Sequence record: NC_052663.1
Source of the DNA: Escherichia phage VEcB
Direction: 5' to 3' (one strand)
DNA: 64,000 nt
Shown here one piece after another: positions 1-10,272 of the stretch. The notes beneath the pieces were generated by a model, which had not been told where the DNA came from, made no database searches, and was given only the letters and a program-made list of their open reading frames with translations. The position numbers and the translations under genes are program-made. Each line of letters starts with the position of its first letter. Within the stretch, counting starts at the first letter, position 1.

Positions 1-268
1 CAGTAAAGAAATACCTAAGCATTTTGAAGAAGTGTTTAGAAATTATTTACTTCGTGGAAGGGGTTTAGCTGCCTTTGAACCTATTGCAAAAGTTTCACGA
101 GAATCTATTGCTAAAGCGATTGCTCTGCAACGTTATAGACCGTTATCTCCTGTGACTATCAAAATCCGTAGAGATAAAGGTAACTACTCTTCTCATATTC
201 TTATTGATACTGGACACTTAATTAACAGTATTGAATCAGAAATCAAGAAGGGTCGTTCTAAAAAATAA
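1..268 (+). CDS. 3' end of a virion morphogenesis gene, 5'-truncated by the window edge
   Basis: Frame of ORF 32..268 stays open back to nt 2, and the ORF-track start at 32 is GTG. Lies immediately upstream of the tail sheath module. Confidence 0.35.
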   Translation, partial: SKEIPKHFEEVFRNYLLRGRGLAAFEPIAKVSRESIAKAIALQRYRPLSPVTIKIRRDKGNYSSHILIDTGHLINSIESEIKKGRSKK

Positions 269-269
269 C

Positions 270-298
270 TTGCAATAAGTCTGTTTTTGATGTATACT
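270..298 (+). promoter_or_regulatory. sigma70-like promoter TTGCAA-N17-TATACT
   Basis: -35 at 270..275, 17 nt spacer, -10 at 293..298; followed by RBS AAAGGAG and ATG at 313. Confidence 0.4.
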
Positions 299-312
299 AA
301 AAAGGAGATACA

Positions 313-729
313 ATGCTATTAGACCAATTTACTCTCCTTGATCTAACAACGTATCAGGGTCGTAAAAGAACTTATGTTCAAGATCCTGATTCGCCAATTT
401 CCAATATGGGTAATACAGTAGCATACGAAGACTTTACAATAGAGGCTGCAAGTTTGCAACCAATATCAGGTAGAACACTTCAAGCACTGCCAGAAGGATA
501 CAGATCTAAGGCACAATATAGCTTCTGGACAAAAACAGAAATCAGAGGCATCCAGCAAGGATCAGATCAATTATCTGACCAAATACTAATAGATGGACAA
601 TGGTTTTCCATTTATTCTTTGAAAGACTGGACAAGAACATCTTTCTTAATACACACACATTGTGTTGCTATTCTAGATGACCAGAATAACACCTATTCAT
701 ATTCTGAGGAGGGTGGTAATTTTGGCTAA
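313..729 (+). CDS. hypothetical virion protein (head-tail joining region)
   Basis: 138 aa ORF, RBS AAGGAG 6 nt upstream of ATG; position in structural module. Confidence 0.4.
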   Translation: MLLDQFTLLDLTTYQGRKRTYVQDPDSPISNMGNTVAYEDFTIEAASLQPISGRTLQALPEGYRSKAQYSFWTKTEIRGIQQGSDQLSDQILIDGQWFSIYSLKDWTRTSFLIHTHCVAILDDQNNTYSYSEEGGNFG

Positions 730-1378
730 TATCTATGAACAAATTGAATTGTATGAAAATACGATATTATTAAATATCGCTAAGTTCTTACAAAGACTAG
801 TGGGGCTTCCGGTTTATGTTATGGATAAACCATTTGTTAAACCAACAACCCCATATCTGACATTACGTATTGTATCATCTGATGATTCAGGTGGTTGGTC
901 ACAAAAATATTCTTTTAGTGAAGATGCGTTTTCCTATCTAATGGACAATAAGTATGAAATAGAACTTATGGCTTTTAGAGGAAGACCCATGACACTTTTA
1001 AGTTATGTTCTTGCGGCACTTCGTGGTGCAGATGAATTAAAATACCAGTATCTTTATTCCAAAGGTATTAGCTTCTTATCTGCAACAAATGTTGCACAGG
1101 CTAACACTGTTCTGGATGGAGATAAAACTGAACAAAGAGCGAGAATATTTCTTACATTCAATACTACGATGGTTATTGAGGACTTAGTAACTACCGAAAT
1201 TGAAGCAATTAATATGAACATTCATTCGTTCAGAGATGATTACGATGATCCTACTCCAATAGATCTTCCTTTGGATAAGATTTACATTGTTGCTCACAGA
1301 AGTAAAACTTATTACTTTACGACGACTGATGATGGATCATTAATTAAGTATATCCCAACGGATAATTCATTGGAATAA
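677..1378 (+). CDS. hypothetical virion protein; start uncertain
   Basis: 233 aa ORF. The ATG at 677 overlaps the upstream gene by 53 nt; a TTG at 722 preceded by GAGGAGG (705..711) is an alternative start. Confidence 0.4.
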   Translation: MTRITPIHILRRVVILANIYEQIELYENTILLNIAKFLQRLVGLPVYVMDKPFVKPTTPYLTLRIVSSDDSGGWSQKYSFSEDAFSYLMDNKYEIELMAFRGRPMTLLSYVLAALRGADELKYQYLYSKGISFLSATNVAQANTVLDGDKTEQRARIFLTFNTTMVIEDLVTTEIEAINMNIHSFRDDYDDPTPIDLPLDKIYIVAHRSKTYYFTTTDDGSLIKYIPTDNSLE

Positions 1379-1398
1379 AGTTTCTAACAGGAGCATAA

Positions 1399-2805
1399 AT
1401 GGCAACTTTTCGTGATAAGGTAGTTTCCGTAACCCTTACCTACGGTGCTACTTCAATTAGTGAAACACAGTTTGATATCCCTCTAATTCTTACAGGGCAT
1501 AACGTTACTGGAAATCTTGTAGATTATTTCACTTCTTCAGACGCACTTCTGCAAGCAGGTTTTGGCACTGCCGATCCAGCTTATAAAATGGCAAAACTAC
1601 TATTTGACGGTCTGTTCGCACCAGAACAAGTTATCGTCGGTAAGCGTGATGTTTCTAAAACAACTCTAACTCCAGTAGTTGAAGATAGTGCAACTTACGT
1701 TATCACTATTAAAGCAAATTCAAAAAGCAAGGACTTCAAGTTTGTTGCCGATGATACTGCAACTGCTCAAGAGATTGTTGTTGGTTTAACAGAAATGATC
1801 AACGCAGACGCAGTGTATAAAGAATTTTTCACTGTGTCAAACGATGGTAGTGTTATCACTGTAACCCCAGTTGCAGGTAAATACGCTACTATGGATAGTT
1901 CAGGATTCACAACTAAAGTAGAATATGCAAATGATATCTTAGAAGATATTGCTAAAATTGCAGACTATGAAAACAGTTGGTTCTGGTTACTATCTGACTC
2001 TCACGCAGAACAAGATATTATCGATCTAGCAGGTTATGTAGAAGAGCATGATAAAGTGTATTTCTTCTCTACCTCGCAACCAGGTGTTCTAACTAAAGAA
2101 GAAGATAACATTCTAGAACGCTTAGGTGATATGGGCTACAATAACACTTGTATGGCATTGTGGATGACTAACGCTGATACAGTGTTCCCAGAGGCTGCTG
2201 TAGTTGGTTCTATCTGCTCTGCAACACCAGGTACTACTACCCTGCATGGTAAAACCCTTGTTGGTATCGAGATTGAAAAACTTGGTCAGACAGCAGAAAA
2301 CTTTATCGTTCAACAGAATGGTAATATTTACCGTAAAGAACACGGTGTTCTGTTCTACCGTGATGGTTTCATGGTTAGTGGTTTCTATGTTGACTATGTG
2401 GTACACGCTCTGTGGTTCAAAGCTCGCGTAGAAGAATCTCTGTTCGCTCTATTCAAACAGCAATCTATGCTTGGTAGTGGTGTTAGAGCAACTTCTGCTG
2501 GTCTTGCGTTGATTCGTCAGGCTGTTACTGCAAACCCAATCCAAGTAGGTATTAACAATGGTTCTATTGCCAATGAGGTAGTAACTTCAGAGGAAACAGG
2601 ACTTCTGGTAAGCCTTAAACCTACTATCTATATCCCATCTCGTGCAGATATGACTGATGCTCAAATCAATGCACGTTTGGTTGATGGTATGGTTATTGAA
2701 TACGTATATGCTGGATTCTTCCACTATGTTAAAGTGCAGGTAAACGTTCTGACGAACCGCACTGCAAATAGCCAGAATTCCAATAGCTCTACTGTATCTT
2801 CATAA
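1399..2805 (+). CDS. putative tail sheath protein
   Basis: 468 aa; RBS AGGAG 5 nt before ATG; followed by a strong terminator and a 159 aa tube-sized gene, chaperone-sized ORFs and the tape measure (sheath-tube-chaperone-TMP synteny of contractile tails). Confidence 0.55.
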   Translation: MATFRDKVVSVTLTYGATSISETQFDIPLILTGHNVTGNLVDYFTSSDALLQAGFGTADPAYKMAKLLFDGLFAPEQVIVGKRDVSKTTLTPVVEDSATYVITIKANSKSKDFKFVADDTATAQEIVVGLTEMINADAVYKEFFTVSNDGSVITVTPVAGKYATMDSSGFTTKVEYANDILEDIAKIADYENSWFWLLSDSHAEQDIIDLAGYVEEHDKVYFFSTSQPGVLTKEEDNILERLGDMGYNNTCMALWMTNADTVFPEAAVVGSICSATPGTTTLHGKTLVGIEIEKLGQTAENFIVQQNGNIYRKEHGVLFYRDGFMVSGFYVDYVVHALWFKARVEESLFALFKQQSMLGSGVRATSAGLALIRQAVTANPIQVGINNGSIANEVVTSEETGLLVSLKPTIYIPSRADMTDAQINARLVDGMVIEYVYAGFFHYVKVQVNVLTNRTANSQNSNSSTVSS

Positions 2806-2813
2806 TTAAAAGC

Positions 2814-2838
2814 AGCGGGGGAAACCCCCGCTTATATG
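2814..2838 (+). terminator. rho-independent terminator hairpin
   Basis: 8 bp GC-rich stem AGCGGGGG/CCCCCGCT with AAA loop, then a T-containing tail, directly after the sheath stop codon. Confidence 0.55.
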
Positions 2839-2864
2839 AAAAGTAGTATAAAAGGAGATCCACT

Positions 2865-3344
2865 TTGGATAAAATGCTTACTGGCGTAATGGCCTATGAT
2901 CCTTCTCAAGTAATCCTGTCTTTGGGTGGTTGGGAACCTTGGGGTTTCGCCGCAGATACCAAAATTGTTATTAACAAAACTAACGATATCATCAACCCAT
3001 ATTCAGGTACTGATGGTGACGTTTCCTTGGCTCTTAGTCGTAACCGTTTAGGTACGCTAACAATGTCACTGCAACGTACTTCCCCAGCAAACGAAGTTCT
3101 TGCTGCTTATGCACAAACGATGTATTCTACTCGTCAAGTAGCATTTAGCGTATATCTAGAAGACCCTCGCGGATATTATATCAGCACAATTGGTTGGATT
3201 CAAAGTCAACCGGACGACACTATTGGTGAAACTATTCAAGAAAACCAATGGGTAATTGGTCTTAAAGATGCAAGCCTACTTCGTTCTACTGTAGGTGTTG
3301 GTGTTAACGCACTTAACTCTATTAGTGCTCTAACTATTCAGTAA
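2865..3344 (+). CDS. putative tail tube protein
   Basis: 159 aa directly after sheath; TTG start 6 nt after AAGGAG; flanked by terminators on both sides. Confidence 0.5.
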   Translation: MDKMLTGVMAYDPSQVILSLGGWEPWGFAADTKIVINKTNDIINPYSGTDGDVSLALSRNRLGTLTMSLQRTSPANEVLAAYAQTMYSTRQVAFSVYLEDPRGYYISTIGWIQSQPDDTIGETIQENQWVIGLKDASLLRSTVGVGVNALNSISALTIQ

Positions 3345-3348
3345 CAAA

Positions 3349-3375
3349 AAGGGCAGAAATGCCCTTTATTTTTAA
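3349..3375 (+). terminator. rho-independent terminator
   Basis: 7 bp stem AAGGGCA/TGCCCTT, GAAA tetraloop, then TTATTTTT. Confidence 0.6.
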
Positions 3376-3387
3376 AGAGAGGAAATA

Positions 3388-3870
3388 ATGGAACAACAAA
3401 AAGATAATACTATTGCAAAATTTGCTCGTCCAGAAGTAATGGTTGAAATTGATCTGGATGAAGGACGCAGTGTAAAATTTAGAGTTCTCAAGTGGAGTCC
3501 AACTAAAGTTTTTGAAAGGATTCCAGAACTAGGTAGTGTACTAGCTGTTCCTATGACAATGTATAATACTGCTCTTATGTCAGCAGACGAAGATCTAGAA
3601 GCTCGTATTGCTATGGCACTGATCCAATTATTCAGTGGTCTGGAAGAAAAAAACTTAGCCGCATTCTTACGTAAAATTTTAGATGAAGTTTACACAGAAG
3701 CAGGTCATAGTGTTTCCGATAATTTTGATGAATTGTTTTTTGCTCACCCAGAATTAGTTGTTGACTTAGCTGCAAAAGTTCTTGAGGTGAACTATGCCCC
3801 TTTTTTCAAACGAGGTTTCGGAAAACTGTTGACCCAATTTCAAGGAATAGAGACTCTAGCGAAGAGTTAA
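3388..3870 (+). CDS. putative tail assembly chaperone
   Basis: 160 aa acidic protein between tube and tape measure; assignment by position only. Confidence 0.4.
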   Translation: MEQQKDNTIAKFARPEVMVEIDLDEGRSVKFRVLKWSPTKVFERIPELGSVLAVPMTMYNTALMSADEDLEARIAMALIQLFSGLEEKNLAAFLRKILDEVYTEAGHSVSDNFDELFFAHPELVVDLAAKVLEVNYAPFFKRGFGKLLTQFQGIETLAKS

Positions 3871-3917
3871 GTCCGGCAATTAAATCAGCAATTGAAATTG
3901 CCTCACAAACCCTTAGC

Positions 3918-4145
3918 TTGACATGGTATGAAGTAATTCTTTGTAAGGTAATTAAGAATACCTCCGAAACCTTGTCCTCGTTAGATAATTACGGTGTAGA
4001 TTATCTACTTAAAATTTATGAATATTTAACATTTGAAGACTATGTACAAGATCTTCACGTTAAAGATGCGGATATTAAACGTGGTCAACAGAGAACAATA
4101 AGAGAACTGGATACGGCTATGAAAAAATTAATTCCAGATTCATAA
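3918..4145 (+). CDS. hypothetical protein (possible second chaperone ORF)
   Basis: 75 aa ORF immediately upstream of the tape measure gene. Confidence 0.3.
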   Translation: MTWYEVILCKVIKNTSETLSSLDNYGVDYLLKIYEYLTFEDYVQDLHVKDADIKRGQQRTIRELDTAMKKLIPDS

Positions 4146-4164
4146 GTAATACGGAGGATTACCC

Positions 4165-6144
4165 TTGTTAGAAATTAACACTTCCAAGATTAAGAATACA
4201 GTAACGTTTACTGTAGATAAAGACAGTTTAAAAAATACTAAAGACGCAATTAAAAACCTTAAAACTTTTACAGAATCTATTGAACCATCTTTAAATATGA
4301 CTAAAATGCGTCGTCAGTTTAAAAGTATGGAAGAGTATGCTAAAAGAATAAGGCAGCAAATGTCAGGTCTTGGCGGCGGTAATCCTCCACCAATCCCACC
4401 AACCGGAGGTTCAAGTGGTGGTGGAAAAGGAGGAAGTGGTAGAGGTGGTTCTGGATCTTCTGGAGGACGTAAGACACCAGAGGAAAGAGCCGCAGAAGCC
4501 GCCGCTAAACGTGCAGCACTTGCTAATATGAAGCAAGACGATTTTAGTTTTAAAGCTATGCCTTTTACAAAAGCAGACAGCAGAATTCTAGAAAAATCTA
4601 AAAAGATTGTAGAAGAAACTGTTGAACTTTATCGTAAAGGTGTAATCACTAGCCAACAAATGAATAATACTTTGGCTAGACAGTTAGAAGAACTACGCAG
4701 ATCTCATAAAGAGAAGAATGCACAACTTCTTGATGAAGAGAGAGCTAGACGTAGAATTGCCCGTCTGCAAGAAGCAGAAGATAAAAGAAGACAGCGTGTT
4801 CGAGAAAGAGAAAGAAAGGAGTTCGAACGTCAGCAAAGGAGAGAAAAAGAAGCAAGACAGCGAGATAGACAACGTAAGCTATCTGGTGTAGGTAATGCTG
4901 CTATTGCTCTTAACCCTGCTATGTTTGGTGCTGCTCTTTTAGGTGCTGGTTTATATCAAGGTATAAGCAAAATAGCTGAAAGTATCACAACTGCGGCAGA
5001 ACGTATTAATATGGTTAGTAAAGGTGGTCAGAACGTACAGGTAAACCCTAATGCAATTTTAACAATGCGTACTTGGGGTGAGATGAACGGTGTAGACTCT
5101 GCCAGCATTATTAAAGCCATTGACAATATTAAAGACGTTCGTGAACGTTTAGGTAATACTGTACTCCACTCTGAATTTGATGAAAAATCAGGTAAATGGA
5201 AAGGTGGAGATAGTGGTATTAATGAAATCATGAACCAATTTGGTTGGTCGAAAGAAGATGTTGCTAAATTCCAGAACAGACCTTTAGACTTTGTTCAAGC
5301 ACTTGTTAATGAAGGTCAAAAAAGAGGAATGAACTCCGCGCAAATTGGTCGTTTGATGGAAAACCTTGGTGATGACTTAATGCACTACCAACGTATGTTT
5401 TTGGATAACGGTAAAGAGTACATGAAAGTCTTGGATATGTTAAAAAATTCAGGAGCAACTCTTAACGATGAAAACATCAAAGCAGCACAAGATTTTGTTA
5501 AGCTAAGAGCACAAATTAGTGCAGCAGGAGAAGGTTTTACCAATAACTTACTTATAGGATTTATGGATGGTTTAAAATCTGCACCAGATTTTGCAGAGAA
5601 TATGAAAACTTTCCAAGAAGCTGCTCGTGGTCTTGGTGAAATGTCTGGTAGTATTGTAAGTAGCCTTGCAAAAATTGCGAAATATTTCCTTGATTTTTCA
5701 AATAAGGTTGGGCCAAAAAACAATACTAAAGAAGCTGTAAGAGATTATTATAATGGTACGCAGTATGGGTACGATGCACAGGTTGGTGGTAATCCTTGGG
5801 CTTATTGGCCTATTGGAAGAGATCAACATAAACCTGAAAATCAACCTTTAGGTGACTTTGATAGTAGTTTCTTAACTAGTGCCTTAAACCCAAGTGCTTC
5901 TAGTATCGGTTACAATAGACCTGATTTAACAGCATCTATGCTAACACCACGCCAAGGTGTTCCAGTACCATTAAGTGTAGAGAATACGGTTGTTATCCCA
6001 GACAACGCATTCCAGATTAATGTTATTCCAGATGGCTATGGTTTTAGTAATTATCTAGATGCGACAATGAATACCAGTTTTAGTAACTTCTCACAAGGTT
6101 TAACTCTTCAGTTAAGCAGTGGACAATCTTCTACTGGTGGTTAA
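4165..6144 (+). CDS. tail tape measure protein
   Basis: 659 aa; TTG start 6 nt after RBS ACGGAGGA; Gly/Pro-rich linker, long Arg/Glu-rich coiled-coil segment, hydrophobic central segment; canonical position after tube and chaperones. Confidence 0.7.
   Translation: MLEINTSKIKNTVTFTVDKDSLKNTKDAIKNLKTFTESIEPSLNMTKMRRQFKSMEEYAKRIRQQMSGLGGGNPPPIPPTGGSSGGGKGGSGRGGSGSSGGRKTPEERAAEAAAKRAALANMKQDDFSFKAMPFTKADSRILEKSKKIVEETVELYRKGVITSQQMNNTLARQLEELRRSHKEKNAQLLDEERARRRIARLQEAEDKRRQRVRERERKEFERQQRREKEARQRDRQRKLSGVGNAAIALNPAMFGAALLGAGLYQGISKIAESITTAAERINMVSKGGQNVQVNPNAILTMRTWGEMNGVDSASIIKAIDNIKDVRERLGNTVLHSEFDEKSGKWKGGDSGINEIMNQFGWSKEDVAKFQNRPLDFVQALVNEGQKRGMNSAQIGRLMENLGDDLMHYQRMFLDNGKEYMKVLDMLKNSGATLNDENIKAAQDFVKLRAQISAAGEGFTNNLLIGFMDGLKSAPDFAENMKTFQEAARGLGEMSGSIVSSLAKIAKYFLDFSNKVGPKNNTKEAVRDYYNGTQYGYDAQVGGNPWAYWPIGRDQHKPENQPLGDFDSSFLTSALNPSASSIGYNRPDLTASMLTPRQGVPVPLSVENTVVIPDNAFQINVIPDGYGFSNYLDATMNTSFSNFSQGLTLQLSSGQSSTGG
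4366..4470 (+). repeat. low-complexity Gly/Ser/Pro-rich coding tract inside the tape measure gene
   Basis: Encodes GLGGGNPPPIPPTGGSSGGGKGGSGRGGSGSSGG. Confidence 0.6.
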
Positions 6145-6151
6145 TGCATAA

Positions 6152-6180
6152 AGCCTCGCTTCGGCGGGGCTTTTTATTTG
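6152..6180 (+). terminator. rho-independent terminator
   Basis: 8 bp stem (one G-U wobble) with TTCG tetraloop followed by TTTTTATTT. Confidence 0.65.
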
Positions 6181-6182
6181 TC

Positions 6183-6212
6183 TTGACAAAGAGTTGTTTT
6201 TCGTGATAAAAT
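6183..6212 (+). promoter_or_regulatory. sigma70-like promoter TTGACA-N18-TAAAAT with TG extended -10
   Basis: Consensus -35 TTGACA at 6183..6188; TGaTAAAAT at 6204..6212; sits between terminator and next gene. Confidence 0.45.
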
Positions 6213-6259
6213 GAGTGATAAGGGAGAATGTTTCTTATCACATTAAGAGGTAAAATTAT

Positions 6260-6970
6260 ATGGCAGCAAACACTCCAGAACAACACGTTCAAGCGGTTTA
6301 TAAAGCGGAACAAGATATAAATTCTACAAAAAACACAAATAACTCTGCCTCTACTGTGAAAGGGGAGAATGGTTTTTGTATTTTAGCAAGTGTTTACAAT
6401 AGTGCAAGTGATCAATATATTCAAAACTACCAAGCTATAGTTTTTGATGCTGTTCCAAATATCGGTGTAAAACGTCAAGCAGATGTAACTAGTTATCCTG
6501 TAGAAAATGGAGCTAATGTATCGGATCACGTTCAAGTTAAAAATAATACTTTCTCTTTATCAGGAATGATTACAGAGACACCTGTAAGATTAATGCGAGA
6601 TATGCTATATAGTGCTGGTGTTAACGGTACTCGTATCAGTCAAGCAATTACTTACTTAGATAAAATATTTGATGAAAGACAGCCTATCATTTTAATAACA
6701 GAACATAAGGTGTATGAGAATGTTATTTTGAAAGGCATATCATATGAATATCAAACAGAATATGCAATGCAATTTGACTTGGAATTTGAACAAGTAAGAT
6801 TAGTTTCTTACGGGGAAACAAATGCTATTGCACTTAAGACAAAACCAAATAAGAATACAGGTGTTAAAAACAAGAAAGGTACTAGTCCAGATGCTGATTT
6901 GGATGCAAGAACAGGGAAAGCAACTGGTACAGAACATCTTAGTGATCACAGTGCAGATGGTAAAAAATAA
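6260..6970 (+). CDS. hypothetical tail/baseplate protein
   Basis: 236 aa ORF immediately after tape measure, where baseplate assembly genes usually start. Confidence 0.35.
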   Translation: MAANTPEQHVQAVYKAEQDINSTKNTNNSASTVKGENGFCILASVYNSASDQYIQNYQAIVFDAVPNIGVKRQADVTSYPVENGANVSDHVQVKNNTFSLSGMITETPVRLMRDMLYSAGVNGTRISQAITYLDKIFDERQPIILITEHKVYENVILKGISYEYQTEYAMQFDLEFEQVRLVSYGETNAIALKTKPNKNTGVKNKKGTSPDADLDARTGKATGTEHLSDHSADGKK

Positions 6971-6981
6971 GGAGAAAATTT

Positions 6982-7401
6982 TTGGCTATTTCATCTTATT
7001 CAAAGATCAGTAGAAGCACATCTAATAGTGGCTACAATGCAGTATTTATTGATCGAAATTTAGGTTATTATTCTTGGTACTTACCTACAGAACAGTACCC
7101 AGACCAAACATATACAGTAACTCTCGATGGAGTAGATTATGATATACGTTTGAGATGGAATACAAGAGATCAAGCGTGGCAAATGCAATTAGGATTATCA
7201 GGAGACAATCCTAGTGTAACTTTTAAAGTAACCAATGGTTTAGATCTTCTAGAACCATATAAGTATATAGAATCTGTACCGGATGGTCAACTCTATTTGG
7301 TAGATACTGTTAAAATAAACGGTAGACCTAATTACTATGACACAGGTGTAGATAAAAGATTTGCTTTGGTTTATATCGACGCTCTTCCATATCAAGCATG
7401 A
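6982..7401 (+). CDS. hypothetical baseplate protein
   Basis: 139 aa ORF in baseplate gene run. Confidence 0.35.
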   Translation: MAISSYSKISRSTSNSGYNAVFIDRNLGYYSWYLPTEQYPDQTYTVTLDGVDYDIRLRWNTRDQAWQMQLGLSGDNPSVTFKVTNGLDLLEPYKYIESVPDGQLYLVDTVKINGRPNYYDTGVDKRFALVYIDALPYQA

Positions 7402-7416
7402 TAAAAGGAGTTTTAA

Positions 7417-8427
7417 ATGGCAGAAAAAAGAGATTATACAAAAGCTCCTGCACCCAATCTAAACAGAGCATACAAACTGTTAATAGGTACAGCTACTAAT
7501 ACTAAAGAAAAAAGGACAAAAAATTCCTCTTTCAAATCTACAGTAGACTTAGATACTAAACTAGGGGATGCTAAAAAATCAACCCCTAATTTGTATGTTA
7601 TTACGGAGCACCAAATATCTTTCACAATAAGAAAAGATAATAATAAAGATCCTAATCAAGCCGAGATAACTATTTATAACCTAAGTGATGATACTGTTAA
7701 TTATATTAACAAAGGTATTCGTAACAACTTGGCTGTTGCTTTAGCGGTAGGTTATGAAGGTCAAGAGTTAATTATGATCTTTAAGGGAACGGTGCAATGG
7801 GTGAGTGATACGTTTAACAATACAGACAGACGTACAGTGTTACATTGCCTGGATGGTGGTATTAACATCTCCGAAGCAAGGACAAGCCGAAGTTATCCGA
7901 AAGGTACAAAAGTAAGTAAAGTTGTTAAAGACCTAGTTAAAGATTTAGGTACTACAGAAGGTAATATTCACGTAGACACAGAGAAAACTTTATCATCTGC
8001 AACAGCTATGTGTGGTAACACATCACATTACTTAGAAAGTATCTGTAAAGGTATTGATCACAATGTGTCGATACAAGATGGATCTGTTTACGTGACACCA
8101 AGATCACAAATGTCTAGTGCAAGATGTGCATATATTAGTGCAGAAACAGGTTTAATTGGTAGTCCAGAACCTTTCCACAATGATATTAAACCGACACAAA
8201 AAGTAACCAAATCTTCTAAGAAAGCTAAAAAGCCTACCGATGGTGTTAAGTTCAGATGTGAAATGAACGGTGCTATCTTACCAGAAAAAACTGTTTGGCT
8301 CAAGAGCCATAACTATGATGGTGGTTTTAAGGTGGTGTCTGTTGTTCATACAGGAGATAGGGAAGGTAAAGACTGGACAACTGAAGTAGAGTCTGTATCT
8401 GTATCTGCAATTATTAAGAAGGGCTAG
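7417..8427 (+). CDS. putative baseplate hub-like protein
   Basis: 336 aa; directly upstream of the spike gene; RBS AAAGGAG. Confidence 0.4.
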   Translation: MAEKRDYTKAPAPNLNRAYKLLIGTATNTKEKRTKNSSFKSTVDLDTKLGDAKKSTPNLYVITEHQISFTIRKDNNKDPNQAEITIYNLSDDTVNYINKGIRNNLAVALAVGYEGQELIMIFKGTVQWVSDTFNNTDRRTVLHCLDGGINISEARTSRSYPKGTKVSKVVKDLVKDLGTTEGNIHVDTEKTLSSATAMCGNTSHYLESICKGIDHNVSIQDGSVYVTPRSQMSSARCAYISAETGLIGSPEPFHNDIKPTQKVTKSSKKAKKPTDGVKFRCEMNGAILPEKTVWLKSHNYDGGFKVVSVVHTGDREGKDWTTEVESVSVSAIIKKG

Positions 8428-8429
8428 AA

Positions 8430-9167
8430 ATGGATGCTTTAAATTTTGTAACAGCAATCCGTGGATTAATCAACGAGCAAGTTGCGGAAGTACATACATC
8501 TTTACCTGTAAGGGTAATTGGTGTAGATTATGGATCTAAGACAGTAACTTTAGAATCTATTGTAAAAAACACCAGATCTACTGAAGATGAAATAGATTAC
8601 CCAACATTCCACGATGTTCCTTTTATGGTAAATGGTGGTGGTACAGGTAGAATTTCATTTCCAATTAAAGCAGGAGATATTGGTGTTGTTGTCTTTTCGG
8701 AAAGAGATCCGTCGAATGCTTTCCAGACAGATGGAGATACAGCCAGCAGCGGGACGTTAATTCAACCTTGTGGTTTATATCCAGCCTGTTTTATTCCTAA
8801 GATAGCAACAGCTACAGATTCTTCAGAAGAAGTAGATTCTGAAAAAGTTGTTATCTCAAATAATAAGCAAACTTACGCTTCGTTTGATCCTAACGGTAAT
8901 ATATCTGTGTACAACACACAAGGTATGAAAATAGATATGACACCAAACAGTATCGTTCTTACTGATGCAGGAGGAGGAAAACTTACACTGCAAGGTGGGA
9001 CTATGACATATAAAGGTGGCACTGTAAATTTAAACGGTTTAACAATCACACCTGACGGTCGTATGAAAGATAGTGGTGGCATTGGTTTACACACACATAC
9101 ACACCCTGTGCGCGGTGTTGAAACTGGTGGTAGCACTGTTACTTCCGACAAACCAAATGGAGGTTAA
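8430..9167 (+). CDS. putative baseplate central spike (gpV / Mu gp45-like)
   Basis: 245 aa; N-terminal OB-like segment, Gly-rich beta-strand repeats and a C-terminal HTHTHP His cluster typical of spike tips; position before the wedge gene. Confidence 0.55.
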   Translation: MDALNFVTAIRGLINEQVAEVHTSLPVRVIGVDYGSKTVTLESIVKNTRSTEDEIDYPTFHDVPFMVNGGGTGRISFPIKAGDIGVVVFSERDPSNAFQTDGDTASSGTLIQPCGLYPACFIPKIATATDSSEEVDSEKVVISNNKQTYASFDPNGNISVYNTQGMKIDMTPNSIVLTDAGGGKLTLQGGTMTYKGGTVNLNGLTITPDGRMKDSGGIGLHTHTHPVRGVETGGSTVTSDKPNGG

Positions 9168-9170
9168 CAG

Positions 9171-9806
9171 ATGGGAATACCATTTGATTTAAAACTTGAT
9201 GGTTCTAACGATTTAATAATGGTGGATGGTGATTTAACACTAACCACAACTAAAAGTGAAATTGCAGCACAGACGCTTGGAATAACACTTAGAACTTTCC
9301 GTGGAGAATGGTTCCTCAATTCTAATTTTGGGGTTCCATATCTACAAGAGATTATTGGTGTTGCCAAGAAGAAAGAGATTGTTGATCGCATTTTCTTATC
9401 AACTATCGCAAGTAATGTTTATATAGATAATATTAATTCATACACGTCCTCTTATGATAGAGATGATAGGTATTACTCAATGAACGTTACTGTTACAGTT
9501 GGTGAACAAGTTGTTAGTGCGCTGTTCAGTACGCAGCCGTCTGAAGAATATATCTATCCAGAAGCTGGTGATGATAATGCAGCAATCACTTGTGAAGCAT
9601 TTGAAATTGTTGAATCTGCAAATAGACTCTATCGCTTTATTAACATTGTTGGTCTTCCTAGAGATACTTATTCTACTTGGTGGAATGAATGGTCTAACGA
9701 GGCATTGATTGAAAAATACCTTGTTAACGAAGCCAATAAAGGTCTTGCAACCAATTACAACTATGCTATAACAGCAACAATGGGAGCTACAAATAATAAT
9801 GGCTGA
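9171..9806 (+). CDS. putative baseplate wedge protein (gpW / gp25-like)
   Basis: 211 aa; N-terminal segment TLRTFRGEWFLNSNFGVPYLQEI resembles the gp25/GPW family motif as recalled; P2-like order V-W. Confidence 0.5.
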   Translation: MGIPFDLKLDGSNDLIMVDGDLTLTTTKSEIAAQTLGITLRTFRGEWFLNSNFGVPYLQEIIGVAKKKEIVDRIFLSTIASNVYIDNINSYTSSYDRDDRYYSMNVTVTVGEQVVSALFSTQPSEEYIYPEAGDDNAAITCEAFEIVESANRLYRFINIVGLPRDTYSTWWNEWSNEALIEKYLVNEANKGLATNYNYAITATMGATNNNG

Positions 9807-10272
9807 TTTAACTACAATCAAGGTGTCTGATCTACCTGTAACAACATCTGTTTCAGACACAGATTATTTTGTAACAGATCAATCAGGCATCACTAAGAAA
9901 ACATCATTACGTGTTCTTCTTGCGGGTGCTGGTGTTACACGAAATCGTCTTTCTGCAAGGGGTACTGTCACAAATACCCTAGCTTTAGATATTAGCACGG
10001 CAGAGTATTTCTCTGCCACTTTATCTAGTCCAACTTGCAGTATTTCATTTAGTAATGTTCCAGTTACAACTAACATTGTTCAAAACTTTACTCTATCTCT
10101 ACGTCAAGGTAGTGGAGCAAATAAAGTAACGTGGCCTCAATCTGTTAAATGGAGTTTTGGTCGCGCTCCTGTTTTGAGTTATAAACAGGGAGCTACAGAT
10201 ATTTTTGAATTTGTTAGTTATGATAATGGAGCTACCTGGATAGGTAGTTTAGTGATGGCAGGAGTGATTTAA
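9799..10272 (+). CDS. virion protein with fibre-type N-terminal anchor motif
   Basis: 157 aa; N-terminus (DLP..S..DYFVTDQ....K.T) resembles the N-terminus of the tailspike at 15325. Confidence 0.4.
   Translation: MADLTTIKVSDLPVTTSVSDTDYFVTDQSGITKKTSLRVLLAGAGVTRNRLSARGTVTNTLALDISTAEYFSATLSSPTCSISFSNVPVTTNIVQNFTLSLRQGSGANKVTWPQSVKWSFGRAPVLSYKQGATDIFEFVSYDNGATWIGSLVMAGVI

Noticed and set aside
2122-2431. Short antisense or alternative-frame ORFs embedded in long genes (e.g. 2122..2406, 2204..2431, 5028..5231, 15633..15929, 23433..23895, 33533..33829, 43275..43753)
   Set aside because: They lie entirely inside longer, well-supported genes, lack RBS signals and have low-complexity or unusual composition; treated as spurious.
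3388-4145. Programmed -1 frameshift joining the two ORFs upstream of the tape measure gene
   Set aside because: The two ORFs are separated by 47 nt containing a stop, not overlapping, and no slippery heptamer was identified at the junction.
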